From contig JAVYVS010000006.1 of NCBI GenBank assembly GCA_038727515.1, forward strand, positions 208 to 64,207: a stretch of DNA of 64,000 nucleotides, written 5' to 3'. Positions 1 to 9,731 of the stretch are shown piece by piece. Every line of letters begins with the position of its first letter. Position 1 is the stretch's first letter. Source of the stretch: Candidatus Methanomethylicia archaeon (GTDB lineage: Archaea; Thermoproteota; Methanomethylicia; Culexarchaeales; Culexarchaeaceae). The position numbers and the translations under genes are program-made. The notes under the pieces are model-generated. The model searched no databases and had not been told where the DNA came from. It saw only the letters and a program-made list of their open reading frames with translations.

Positions 1-456
1 ACTAAAGTTTTCCTCAGCTGGGCATCCATAAAACCTTATGGTACCTTTAATCCCATATTTTTCCATAGCATACCTAACAGCTATTGCAGCAGCTAATCCA
101 CTAACACCATGAATATTATGCCCACAACCATGACCAGGAGCCCCTTCAATCAAAGGCTCCTTCCATGGAACCTTCTTCTGCGAAAGACCAGGCAAAGCAT
201 CATACTCACCCATAACACCAATAACAGGTTTTCCCAAACCCCATTCAGCAATGAAAGCTGTAGGCATATCTGAAATGCCCATTCTAACTTTAAAGCCATG
301 TTTCTCTAATTCCTCAGCTAATAACTTTGATGATTTATATTCTATTAATCCAAGTTCTGCATATTCCCATATTTTATCGGAGATCTCTATGAAACGATCC
401 TTGTTTTTCTCAATATATTCTATTGCATATTCTTTTTCCTTTGTTATTTGCATCAT
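1..456 (-). CDS. M20 family amidohydrolase (AbgB/hippurate-hydrolase-like), N-terminal 152 codons; 3' end lies beyond the window start
   Basis: Own translation of the minus strand from ATG at 456: MMQITKEKEYAIEYIEKNKDRFIEISDKIWEYAELG...GAPGHGCGHNIHG...IRFYGCPAEENFS. Motifs are typical of M20D enzymes. It is absent from the ORF track because the window edge truncates it. Confidence 0.7.
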   Translation of the reverse strand, partial: MMQITKEKEYAIEYIEKNKDRFIEISDKIWEYAELGLIEYKSSKLLAEELEKHGFKVRMGISDMPTAFIAEWGLGKPVIGVMGEYDALPGLSQKKVPWKEPLIEGAPGHGCGHNIHGVSGLAAAIAVRYAMEKYGIKGTIRFYGCPAEENFS

Positions 457-558
457 TTATAATCCCCTCATATACTACTTCTCACTTTTGTTTTAATACT
501 TTCTATTATTGATAATCCTTATAATCACTTATTATTATCAATATTATATTGTGATTTT

Positions 559-1623
559 ATGAAGGTTAGAAGTTTAACATTTTTAGTTCCAATTCGTTTT
601 CTAAGGGATTTTTCTCAAATAGCTCCATTTATACGCAGTTTTGTAGATGAAATTTCAAAAAGGCATGGTTTAGATATTTGGAGTTTGAGATTGGCTGTTG
701 ATCCTCAAATCCCCAATGAGGTAAATAGATTTATAGATTTCTTGGATGAAGTTTCTGAAGACTTTAATTATTATGCTATCCCAATTTTTTGTGATAATAC
801 TTTAGATTTTGATTTAATAGTTTCTCTATTGAGTAATTATAATAAACTTTTTATATCTATGTTTGGTGGATTAAGTGAATTTAAAGTTTTTAGAGATCTA
901 TTAATGTATATCAAGGATAAACTTCCACTGGAATCATTTGTTAGATTATCATTTTCTATTGATGGCCCAATAATTACACCATATTTTCCTTCAGCATCTG
1001 CAGGTAAGGATGTTATGATTTTAGCTTCTATGTTGTATGTTAATGATTTATTGAATGCTGTTAGAAATGGTCAGTCTATTTCTAAAGTTATTTTAAAGTG
1101 TTCTAATCGTGTTAGAGAGTTTATGGCTGAGATCACTGGTTATTTAAAAATAAATTCGATGGGCTTAGATATATCTATATCTCCTTGGATGGAGGAGAGC
1201 GTAGTGGATTTAATTGAAGCTTTTGGTGGTGTAAAATTTGGTGGTATAGGGACTTTAAGTTCTATTTTTAGAATTAATGAGTCAATTAAGAGTATTGCTT
1301 CAAGTGAAGATTTTTATGTGGGTTATAATGAGCTTATGCTTCCATATGCTGAAGATTCAAAACTTATGCTTCTTGGAGGTGAAGGTTTAATATCTGCTTA
1401 TGATCTATTACATTTATCTTCGGTTTGTGTTGCAGGATTCGATATGATTGTGCTTCCAAAAATGAGTAGAGAATTAGTAAATATGCTCTTTATGGATATT
1501 TATTCAGTTTTGAAATCTAAGGGTAAACCTTGTGGTGTTAGACTAATTTTAAGTGATGGTGTTTATGGTGATATGGTTGATTTAGGTTTTATCGGCAGTG
1601 CTCCAGTAATGAGGTTGAATTGA
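559..1623 (+). CDS. Conserved hypothetical protein (possibly DUF711/UPF0210-like, unverified)
   Basis: Long ORF of 354 aa with coding-like composition. The N-terminus MKVRSLTFLVPI loosely resembles UPF0210 starts. No catalytic motif recognised. Confidence 0.5.
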   Translation: MKVRSLTFLVPIRFLRDFSQIAPFIRSFVDEISKRHGLDIWSLRLAVDPQIPNEVNRFIDFLDEVSEDFNYYAIPIFCDNTLDFDLIVSLLSNYNKLFISMFGGLSEFKVFRDLLMYIKDKLPLESFVRLSFSIDGPIITPYFPSASAGKDVMILASMLYVNDLLNAVRNGQSISKVILKCSNRVREFMAEITGYLKINSMGLDISISPWMEESVVDLIEAFGGVKFGGIGTLSSIFRINESIKSIASSEDFYVGYNELMLPYAEDSKLMLLGGEGLISAYDLLHLSSVCVAGFDMIVLPKMSRELVNMLFMDIYSVLKSKGKPCGVRLILSDGVYGDMVDLGFIGSAPVMRLN

Positions 1624-3068
1624 TTTTGATCTAATTCAGTTTTATGTTTTAATTCACATAGAACTTTCTCATAAAATTCAATGTTATTTATACATCCTGG
1701 ATCTGGAGCTGTAATATCCTTAAAGTATACATATGCTCTGGCTCTACAACCTCCACATATATACCTAAATCCACATTTTCCACAATTATCCTTTAATATA
1801 TCTTTATTTTGAAAAGCTAATAGGATAGGTGTATTATTCCATATCTCTTTAAACTTTTTATTCCTAATATTCCCTAATACTATATTTGGTATGAATACGC
1901 ATGGTGTTACATCTCCATTGGGTTCTAATGCACAATATAATCTTCCAGCTCCACATCCACCAATAAATTCAGCTAGATAATTTAAGCCGCCAACTGGTGG
2001 TCCAGCATAGAAGTGTAATGGACTTATACATATACCATGAGACTTCTGTATTACAATCCTAGCATATTGAGGTGCTGTTGAGAGAACTTCAATACCATAA
2101 TCCCTCATGGCTTCATATAAAGTTGATAGAAACTCTTCTCTTTCCCATGGATTTAAATCTTCAATTAAAATTTCTTCACCCCTACCAACTGGTATAAAGT
2201 TGAAGAATATAACCCTTTTAACGCCGATATTCTTTGCAAACTCTATAATCTTTCTACATTCCTTATAATTCATTTTTAATGTTGTTACTGCAATTCCAGT
2301 AAATATATCGTTTTTAACACAATTTAATATTCCATTTATAGTCTTTTCCCAAGCACCTCTCACACCTCTAAAATTGTCATGTTTTACTGGATCTATGGAA
2401 TCTAAACTTATTTCAACATAGTTTATTCCAATATTTTTAATCTTTCTTGCAATTTCATCTGTTATTATTGTTCCATTGGTTGCTATTGCTGTATAGAATC
2501 CTCTTCTTACAGCTTCCTCCGCTATTTTAAAGAAATGTGGATGAATTAATGGTTCTCCACCTGAAAAAGCTATTGCAGCTACACCTGCTTCTTCAAATTG
2601 TTTTAATACATTGATTTTCTCTTCTAATGTTAATTCATTTTTCAAAACTGTTTTTGCATTTTGATAGCAATGTTTACAATTAAGGTTACACATATTTGTG
2701 AAATTCCATACTACTAGGAATGGTGCATCCAATTTTTGTGGTAATGTTATACCATATTTACTTATACTCCTTAATATAACTTCAAGCCCCCTTCTCAATG
2801 ATCTATTTTTAAACATTCTTCTTACTTCTTCCTCTTTTACATCTAAAATTTTTAATCCTAAATTTATGATTTGTGAAACTATTAATGATGAAATTATTAA
2901 CTTAACCTTTTTCGCTTCTTCTTCTCCAGAATATATTGTTAATGCATAATTTAATAGTGATCTTCCATTATATTCATGTGTTGAAAGGAATTTGATTATA
3001 GGTCTTATAATTGGATTTCCAAATATTGTTCTTATTAATGCTATATTGCTTTCTACATTCATATTCAA
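1563..3068 (-). CDS. Radical SAM protein with C-terminal SPASM domain and a ~115-aa N-terminal helical extension (paralog 1)
   Basis: CNLNCKHCY (CX3CX2C) cluster motif, GGEPL SAM-binding motif, and a Cys-rich C-terminus CGAGRLYC...PC...CGKCGFRYICGGCRARA typical of SPASM. Confidence 0.85.
   Translation of the reverse strand: MNMNVESNIALIRTIFGNPIIRPIIKFLSTHEYNGRSLLNYALTIYSGEEEAKKVKLIISSLIVSQIINLGLKILDVKEEEVRRMFKNRSLRRGLEVILRSISKYGITLPQKLDAPFLVVWNFTNMCNLNCKHCYQNAKTVLKNELTLEEKINVLKQFEEAGVAAIAFSGGEPLIHPHFFKIAEEAVRRGFYTAIATNGTIITDEIARKIKNIGINYVEISLDSIDPVKHDNFRGVRGAWEKTINGILNCVKNDIFTGIAVTTLKMNYKECRKIIEFAKNIGVKRVIFFNFIPVGRGEEILIEDLNPWEREEFLSTLYEAMRDYGIEVLSTAPQYARIVIQKSHGICISPLHFYAGPPVGGLNYLAEFIGGCGAGRLYCALEPNGDVTPCVFIPNIVLGNIRNKKFKEIWNNTPILLAFQNKDILKDNCGKCGFRYICGGCRARAYVYFKDITAPDPGCINNIEFYEKVLCELKHKTELDQNQFNLITGALPIKPKSTISP
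1886..1975. repeat. 90-nt tract identical to 38623..38712, inside the paralogous radical SAM gene
   Basis: Direct comparison: ttggtatgaatacgcatggtgttacatctccattgggttctaatgcacaatataatcttccagctccacatccaccaataaattcagcta occurs in both genes with zero mismatches, while the flanks diverge immediately. Confidence 0.9.
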
Positions 3069-3178
3069 GATTAACTAACTTACCCTCTGATAAAAACTTG
3101 TTGTTCATTAACTATAATTTAAAACTATTTATAAAAAACTATAAAACTAAAAATTCCCAATTTTCTTTCAATTAATTT

Positions 3179-3613
3179 CTATCTCCTACTCCTTCTCCCC
3201 TCAAATCTTCTAGGGCCTGGTCTACTTCTACCAAATCTTCTTTCTCCTTCTTGTTCATATTGTACTAATGATAGATTGTTTTCAGTATTTACCTCTATTT
3301 CTGGGGCTTTACTTAAAACTTCAAAACTACCGTATCTACCAACATTTAGGCGCATACTACCTCTAAATAGACTTACAAATCCATTCCTTATCATTATTGT
3401 TACTCCTTCATTTACTCTATCTATTGCATCATCCCACAATGTTAGGTATATAGCTCCAGTTTCATCTCCAACCAATATATCTGCAACTCTATGTGCTCCT
3501 CCACTAACTGTTCTTGGTTCTCCCTTTGAAACTACTTTAACCAATAGGTTTACACTTCTAGTATTTGGTTTTAGTTGCTCTATTTTCGCTAGGCCCCTTT
3601 CTTCACTACCCAT
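3179..3613 (-). CDS. ssb: Crenarchaeal-type single-stranded DNA-binding protein (single OB fold plus R/G-rich acidic tail)
   Basis: IEQLKPNTRSVNLLVKVV...VADILVGDETGAIYLTLWDD...MRLNVG parallels Sulfolobus SSB (GNLKPNMESVNVTVRVL...AIVGDETGRVKLTLWG). C-terminal tail is RRFGRSRPGPRRFEGRRSRR. Confidence 0.85.
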   Translation of the reverse strand: MGSEERGLAKIEQLKPNTRSVNLLVKVVSKGEPRTVSGGAHRVADILVGDETGAIYLTLWDDAIDRVNEGVTIMIRNGFVSLFRGSMRLNVGRYGSFEVLSKAPEIEVNTENNLSLVQYEQEGERRFGRSRPGPRRFEGRRSRR

Positions 3614-3710
3614 ATTTTGATTTCACCTCATTTTATCCCCTATAAGCCTTTATTTAAGGGTTTTGGTTTTGAAAGTTAATTTTATTTTTAGTGTTAAATA
3701 TTTGTTTTAG

Positions 3711-4814
3711 GTGATTTATTTGGTTGATGTTTTCGTTGATAGGAGTGTTAGATTGATCGAGAAACTTGAGGGTGAAGGTATTGATGGAGTATTAATCTTT
3801 TCTGGTGTAAACCTTTTATATTTTACTGGTGTAAACATAGGTTTATCTGAGAGGCCTACAGCTGCTTATCTACCAGTTGATGGTGAACCATTTATACTTG
3901 TTCCAAAACTTGAGGAGGAACTTAGAGGTCAACGTACATGGATTAATCGTATAGAAGTTTGGGATGAAGATGAAGATGCTATTGAAATTCTCTCTAAACT
4001 TATAATGGATTGTAGACCTAAACATGGTGTTATAGGTTTATGTGAAGATGCTCCTTGGGGTTGGGTTAATAGATTACAATCGAAGCTTAGTGATATATGT
4101 TTTATTGATATTTCAAATATGATTTTTAGCTTACGTATGATTAAAAGTGAATGGGAATTGGATAATATTAGGAGGGCTTGTGCTATTTCAGATAAAGCTG
4201 TTGAAACTATTTTTCAAAGTCTTTCTGAAGGGATCACTGAACTTGAATTAAGCTATATATGCATCTCAAAAATGAGAGAGCTTGGTGGAGTTCCACAATT
4301 TGCCACAATCTTATTTGGTGCTAAATCCGCTTTACCACATGGTTATTCAGATAATTCAAAGTTAAAGAAGGGTGATATTGTATTGGCAGATGTAGGATGT
4401 TCTGTTAATGGATATTTCTCAGATATAACTAGAACCGTGGTTTACGGTGTTCCAAGTGAGAAACAGCATAGAATTTGGGATTTAGTTTATAGAGCTAATA
4501 GGAATGCTATTGAGAATATTAAACCTGGAATTACTTGTGAAAAAGTTGATTTATATGCTAGGTCTTTAATTGACTCTGAAGGGTTTGGAAAATATTTTAT
4601 TCATAGATTAGGTCATGGTATTGGTTTACAAGTTCATGAGCATCCATATATTGTTAAAGGTAATAAACTAGAATTGAAGCCTGGGATGGTTTTTACTGTA
4701 GAGCCTGGAATTTATCTTAAAGGTGAATTTGGAGTTAGAATTGAAGATACTGTTGTTTGCACTGAAGTTGGATGTGAATCTCTAACGAAATTTAAGCGTT
4801 CAATATTTCCATAA
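3711..4814 (+). CDS. Xaa-Pro dipeptidase / M24B family metallopeptidase
   Basis: Creatinase-like N-domain plus M24 motifs: DVGCSVNGYFSDITRT, HRLGHGIGLQVHEHP, VEPGIY, RIEDTV. Confidence 0.85.
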   Translation: MIYLVDVFVDRSVRLIEKLEGEGIDGVLIFSGVNLLYFTGVNIGLSERPTAAYLPVDGEPFILVPKLEEELRGQRTWINRIEVWDEDEDAIEILSKLIMDCRPKHGVIGLCEDAPWGWVNRLQSKLSDICFIDISNMIFSLRMIKSEWELDNIRRACAISDKAVETIFQSLSEGITELELSYICISKMRELGGVPQFATILFGAKSALPHGYSDNSKLKKGDIVLADVGCSVNGYFSDITRTVVYGVPSEKQHRIWDLVYRANRNAIENIKPGITCEKVDLYARSLIDSEGFGKYFIHRLGHGIGLQVHEHPYIVKGNKLELKPGMVFTVEPGIYLKGEFGVRIEDTVVCTEVGCESLTKFKRSIFP

Positions 4815-4855
4815 AGTGATAATCTTAAATATTTCATACCTAATAAAATATTTTC

Positions 4856-6211
4856 ATGATAGATTCAATATACAAATATGTTGATTTAAACTTTGATAAG
4901 TTTATTTCAGATCTTATAGAGATATGTAAAATTCCATCGATTGCTGCTCAAAATATTGGTATAAATGATGTTGTGGGAAAGCTTAGTGAAATGTTTGAAA
5001 ATGTGGGATTCAACGTTAAAGTTTTAAGTTTAGATAAAGGTAATCCATTGATATTTGCAGAGTATAAACCTAGATCCTATAAGAAGACTCTATTATTTTA
5101 TAATCATTATGATGTTCAACCTCCAGATCCACTTGATCTTTGGGTTTCACCTCCATTTAATCCAAGTTTAAGAGATGGTAAGATCTTTGCTAGAGGAGTT
5201 GCTGATAATAAGGGTAATATTATTGCTAGATTAAAAGCTGTGGAATCTATTTTGAATGTTCTCGGAGATCTTCCAGTGGCAATTAAATTTGTTATTGAAG
5301 GTGAAGAAGAGATTGGAAGTCCATCTTTACCAAGTTATGTAAATGCTTATGGCAATTTATTTTCTGCAGATGCAGGTATATGGGAATTTGGTTATAGAGA
5401 TATTGATGAACGTCCAGTGATAACCCTTGGTGTTAGAGGTATAGCATACTTTGAATTCATGGTTAGAGGTCCGAATGTAGATGTTCATAGTGGTCAAGCT
5501 GCAATAATACCTAATCCCGCTTGGAGGTTAATCTATTTCTTAAATAGTTTACGTGGTGATGATGGAAGAATCTTGATTGAAGGTTTTTATGATAATCTTA
5601 AACCCATTGAAATGGAAGATGAAGAATTATTGAAGAGTATACCATTCAATGATGTTGATTTAATTAAGAGACTTGGAATAAGTGGTTTTATTGGTGGAGT
5701 GAGGGGATTTGAAGCTTTAAAAGCTTTACTCTTCAATCCAACATGTAATATTAATGGTATATATTCTGGCTATATTGGTCAAGGTGCAAAAACTATAATA
5801 CCAAGTTATGCCATGGCTAAAGTTGATTTTAGACTTCCTCCGGGACTTACCCCTCAAGATGTCATGAATAAATTGAGAAAGCATATGATTAAATATGGAT
5901 TTAATGATATTGAAATCGTAAGTTTGCATGGTTATGAAGCTGCAAAAACAGATCCTAAAGCTGAAATTGTGAAGATTGGAGTAAAATCTGCAAGAGAAGT
6001 CTATAGTTTAGATCCAATAGTATATCCCATATCTTCAGGTAGTGGACCTATGTATCTCTTCGTAAATAATTTGAAGATTCCAATGATATCTGTTGGTGTT
6101 GGATATTATGATTCTAAATCTCATTCTCCAAATGAGAATATTAGATTGGAAGATTTTAAGTTGGGAATTAAACACATTATTCGAATAATTGATATGTTTG
6201 GTTCAATTTGA
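4856..6211 (+). CDS. M20 family dipeptidase (ArgE/DapE/ACY1/CPG2-like)
   Basis: Motifs NHYDVQP, RGVADNKG, EGEEEIGS and HSPNENI. Confidence 0.8.
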   Translation: MIDSIYKYVDLNFDKFISDLIEICKIPSIAAQNIGINDVVGKLSEMFENVGFNVKVLSLDKGNPLIFAEYKPRSYKKTLLFYNHYDVQPPDPLDLWVSPPFNPSLRDGKIFARGVADNKGNIIARLKAVESILNVLGDLPVAIKFVIEGEEEIGSPSLPSYVNAYGNLFSADAGIWEFGYRDIDERPVITLGVRGIAYFEFMVRGPNVDVHSGQAAIIPNPAWRLIYFLNSLRGDDGRILIEGFYDNLKPIEMEDEELLKSIPFNDVDLIKRLGISGFIGGVRGFEALKALLFNPTCNINGIYSGYIGQGAKTIIPSYAMAKVDFRLPPGLTPQDVMNKLRKHMIKYGFNDIEIVSLHGYEAAKTDPKAEIVKIGVKSAREVYSLDPIVYPISSGSGPMYLFVNNLKIPMISVGVGYYDSKSHSPNENIRLEDFKLGIKHIIRIIDMFGSI

Positions 6212-6226
6212 TATGGTGATTTAAAG

Positions 6227-7213
6227 TTGATAATTGATATTCACAATCACTTTTATCCAATGGAATATATACGCTACCTAAAGGATAATTGTAAGGAAGT
6301 TTCTGTATTTCTTGATGATCAAGGTAGAACTATAATTAACTATAAGGGTGATTATAATGTTGTTGTTAAATCCCACATTGATGTCATTGAAAGATTAAAG
6401 GTTATGGATAAGTTTAAAATTGATATGCAAATTCTAACTCTAACTACTCCTGGGATTGATTTTGTAAATGTGAAATCAAGTATTGAATTAGCTAGAATAG
6501 TCAATGATTCTTTTTCCAAAATTGTAGAGAGATTTCCTGATAGATTTAGAGCATTAGCAGTTTTACCTATGCAAGATCCAGAATCATCTATTGAAGAACT
6601 TAAAAGAGCAATTATAGATTTAGGTTTAAATGGTGTAATGATATTCTCAAATGTTAATGGTAAACCTTTAGATAACAGTGATTTCTGGATTGTATATGCT
6701 GAAGCCGCTAGATTGAATGTTCCAATATTTATACATCCAACTTCACCATTGAATTTGAAATACATGGAGGATTATAGGATAGTTCCAATGTTTGGTTTTC
6801 CAATGGATACAAGTCTAGCAATTTTAAGGTTAGTATTGAGTGGGGTTTTAGATAGATATGATTCATTAAAGATAGTGGCTTCTCATACTGGTGGAGTTCT
6901 ACCATATTTAATTGGGAGGATAGATATGTGCTTTAAAATGTATCCAGAATCTAAGCAGAATATAAGTAGACCACCATCATATTATTTTAAGAATATCTAT
7001 GTTGATTCCATATGCTATGATTCGAGGATACTTGAATTTGCATGTAGAATGTTAGGTTCAGAGAAAATTATGCTTGGAACTGATTATCCACATCAAATAA
7101 CTGATATCGAATATGCTATTGAGAGAATTACAAAATTAAATATATCAAGTGGGGAGAAAGAGGGTATTCTCAGTGGAAATGCGTTAAAACTATTCAAAAT
7201 CAGTAAAAGTTAA
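6227..7213 (+). CDS. Amidohydrolase 2 (ACMSD-like metal-dependent hydrolase/decarboxylase) family protein
   Basis: N-terminal DIHNHF metal motif, SHTGG, and GTDYPH near the C-terminus. Confidence 0.75.
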   Translation: MIIDIHNHFYPMEYIRYLKDNCKEVSVFLDDQGRTIINYKGDYNVVVKSHIDVIERLKVMDKFKIDMQILTLTTPGIDFVNVKSSIELARIVNDSFSKIVERFPDRFRALAVLPMQDPESSIEELKRAIIDLGLNGVMIFSNVNGKPLDNSDFWIVYAEAARLNVPIFIHPTSPLNLKYMEDYRIVPMFGFPMDTSLAILRLVLSGVLDRYDSLKIVASHTGGVLPYLIGRIDMCFKMYPESKQNISRPPSYYFKNIYVDSICYDSRILEFACRMLGSEKIMLGTDYPHQITDIEYAIERITKLNISSGEKEGILSGNALKLFKISKS

Positions 7214-7267
7214 TTTCCCATATTTCTATCAATACTTATTGAATGAGTTTTAATTTGATGGTTGATA

Positions 7268-7834
7268 TTATTGTTGTAATGTTTTCGCCATTATAAATTG
7301 TCCAACTTTAAAGAATCCTCTACCCCAATTATGTAGTGGTATTGGGTTTTCCTTTATAGTCCAACCAGTTTTTGGATTAAAGTATCTTTCATCAACTTTC
7401 ACATTTAAAACTTGACCTATAAATAATGTTACATCATTTGATTCAACTTTATCCCATAATTCACATTCAATTACTGCTATTGCATCTTGCGCTATTGGTG
7501 CATTTACTTCTTCTCCCTCCATTGGTTTTATTATTTTTGTTTTATCTACATTTCTTCCACTTATTGTTCCAATGGTATATAATTCATTTAATTTTTCTAT
7601 TGGAAGTATATTGATGGAGAATTGTTTGTACGTTTTTATTAATTCATTTGTTAAACTATTCTTCCCTATGGCTATACATACCAATGGAGGTTCTTCACCC
7701 ATTGGCATAACCCAACTTGCAGCCATGAAATTTACTTTTTCTCCTATTTTTCCAGATCCTATTACATATGCTGGTCTTGGATGTAGTATGAGATAGAATT
7801 TCTCTAATTCTATCTTTGTAAGCATAATACTCAC
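7268..7834 (-). CDS. Flavin reductase-like FMN-binding domain protein
   Basis: PRPAYVIGS...NFMAASW..P.S..PPLV pattern typical of the Flavin_Reduct family; size 188 aa. Confidence 0.7.
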   Translation of the reverse strand: MSIMLTKIELEKFYLILHPRPAYVIGSGKIGEKVNFMAASWVMPMGEEPPLVCIAIGKNSLTNELIKTYKQFSINILPIEKLNELYTIGTISGRNVDKTKIIKPMEGEEVNAPIAQDAIAVIECELWDKVESNDVTLFIGQVLNVKVDERYFNPKTGWTIKENPIPLHNWGRGFFKVGQFIMAKTLQQ

Positions 7835-7870
7835 GATAAAAATTTCTATTCTTAAACTTTTAATTATTTT

Positions 7871-9139
7871 GTGAATGTTGCTGAGATTTATAATAAGCTC
7901 ATTAAATTTCTATCATTGAGATCATCTGATTTAGTTATGGTATCATCTCCTGGTAGAATAGATTTTTTGAATACACATCAAGATTATAAGGGTCTTCCAG
8001 TAGTTCCAGCTGCAATAAACCTTAGATGTTATGCTATTGGTTTTAAAAATGAGAGTGATATTGTGAATTTTACTTCTTTAAATATGTTTGAGAATGGTTT
8101 AAATGGTTTTGATTCTTTTAGTTTATCAAATTTTAATTTGGTTGGTGGAGGTTGGTTTGGTGATTATGTTAGATCGATATTTAAAGTTTTAATGGATTCT
8201 GGTTTTAGAATTGGAGGTATGGATATTGCTTTATGGAGTGAAATCCCAATAGGTTCTGGTTTATCTAGTAGTGCAGCTTTTGAGGTTTCAATTGTTAAAC
8301 TTATATCTGAAGTTTTCAATTTAGGTTTAGACAAAAATTCTATTGCTGAAATTGCGTATAAAGCTGAGCATGATGTTATGGGTATACCTTGTGGTAGATT
8401 GGATCAATATAGTTGTTCTTATGGTGGAATGATAATATTATATCCTAATCCTCCATGTAAAGTTGAATTTCTACCATCAAGCAATTTTCTATTTGTCATT
8501 GTTGATTCTGGTATTCATAGGAGGATAGTTAGTGTTCATCCAATTAGACAAGCTGAAATTAATGAAGCTTTAAGGATTTTGCTAGATGAAATTAAAGTTT
8601 CTGAACCTTTGAAATCTAAATTAGCATATAGGTATGATAAAGTTTATTGGATGGATATAAGTGAAGATGAACTTAAACCATACCTTGATTCACTACCCAG
8701 GAATTTAGCTAATAGATTAATATTTACAATTAAAATGAATGTATCAACTATTTATGCTGTAAATTTAATTAAAGGTTTTAAGATAAACTTTAATTATTTA
8801 ATTAGAAACTTGTCATCTAATGCTGATTTTAAGTTTAATGATACTCTTGATATACTTGGTTTAATAGTTAATTATCAACACATGCTTTTAAGAGATTATT
8901 ATGATGTTAGTCTTCCAGAAATTGAAAATATAAGGGATTTAATGCTTGATAATGGAGCTGTAGGTGTGAAGATTTCTGGAGCAGGTCTTGGAGGTGCAAT
9001 TATAGGATTGGTTAAAAACGTAGAAAGTGCTGAGAAGGTTTGTAAAGCATGTATAGATTATGGATGTCCATTAGCTTTTTATTCAAATCCAGTTGAAGGT
9101 GTAAGAATTGAATCTTATGTTTCACCAATGGATAATTAA
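7871..9139 (+). CDS. GHMP kinase, divergent galactokinase-like
   Basis: SPGRIDFLNTHQDYKG resembles the galactokinase signature GRVNLIGEHTDY. GHMP ATP motif PIGSGLSSSAAFEV and C-terminal GAGLGGA are present. Confidence 0.7.
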   Translation: MNVAEIYNKLIKFLSLRSSDLVMVSSPGRIDFLNTHQDYKGLPVVPAAINLRCYAIGFKNESDIVNFTSLNMFENGLNGFDSFSLSNFNLVGGGWFGDYVRSIFKVLMDSGFRIGGMDIALWSEIPIGSGLSSSAAFEVSIVKLISEVFNLGLDKNSIAEIAYKAEHDVMGIPCGRLDQYSCSYGGMIILYPNPPCKVEFLPSSNFLFVIVDSGIHRRIVSVHPIRQAEINEALRILLDEIKVSEPLKSKLAYRYDKVYWMDISEDELKPYLDSLPRNLANRLIFTIKMNVSTIYAVNLIKGFKINFNYLIRNLSSNADFKFNDTLDILGLIVNYQHMLLRDYYDVSLPEIENIRDLMLDNGAVGVKISGAGLGGAIIGLVKNVESAEKVCKACIDYGCPLAFYSNPVEGVRIESYVSPMDN

Positions 9140-9171
9140 CCTTTTAAGTATACTGTTTAAACTTATTATTC

Positions 9172-9714
9172 ATGGATGTATTTGAAGCTATACTAAAGCG
9201 TAGAAGTATTAGGAGATATCTTGATAAACCTGTGGAAGCTGAGAAAATTTTAAAGTGTTTAGAAGCTGCTAGATGGGCTCCTTCTGCACATAATTCTCAA
9301 CCATGGCATTTCATAATTGTTAGGGATAGGGAGACACGTGAAAAACTTGCAAGTATACATCCATTTGGTAAACATATGGCTTATAGCCCCATAGTATTAG
9401 TGGTTCTAGCAGATCCTGAGAAATCACCTATTTTCTGGCAAAATGATGTTGGTGCAGCTGTACAAAATATTCTTTTAACAGCTTTCTCTGAAGGTTTAGG
9501 TTCATGTTGGATTGGAGTTCAATTTACACCATTTGAAGAAGAATTTAAGAAAATTCTAAAAATTCCAGAAAAATTTAGAGTGGTTTGCGCTATTACCATT
9601 GGTTATCCAGCTCATGAACGTACATCTACACGTGTAGCATTAGAAGATATTGTTAGTGTTGATTTCTATGGTAATAAATTGAATATGGAAGTTTTTAAGT
9701 GTAGTTATAAGTAA
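9172..9714 (+). CDS. Nitroreductase family protein
   Basis: RRSIRRY, APSAHNSQPWHF and CAITIGYP motifs. Confidence 0.8.
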   Translation: MDVFEAILKRRSIRRYLDKPVEAEKILKCLEAARWAPSAHNSQPWHFIIVRDRETREKLASIHPFGKHMAYSPIVLVVLADPEKSPIFWQNDVGAAVQNILLTAFSEGLGSCWIGVQFTPFEEEFKKILKIPEKFRVVCAITIGYPAHERTSTRVALEDIVSVDFYGNKLNMEVFKCSYK

Positions 9715-9731
9715 TTCATTTTGGTGATAGC

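Noticed and set aside
2698-2949. Antisense or shadow ORFs in the six-frame track (for example 2698..2949, 3276..3620, 5726..5929, 6352..6765, 7426..7796, 10663..10926, 14150..14404, 20409..20647, 24280..24864, 27355..27894, 38149..39173, 42772..43256, 50398..50919, 61435..61808)
   Set aside because: All lie inside longer ORFs with clear family motifs on the opposite strand or in another frame. Their products are low-complexity (L/S/I/F-rich) with no motifs, which is typical of AT-rich shadow frames.
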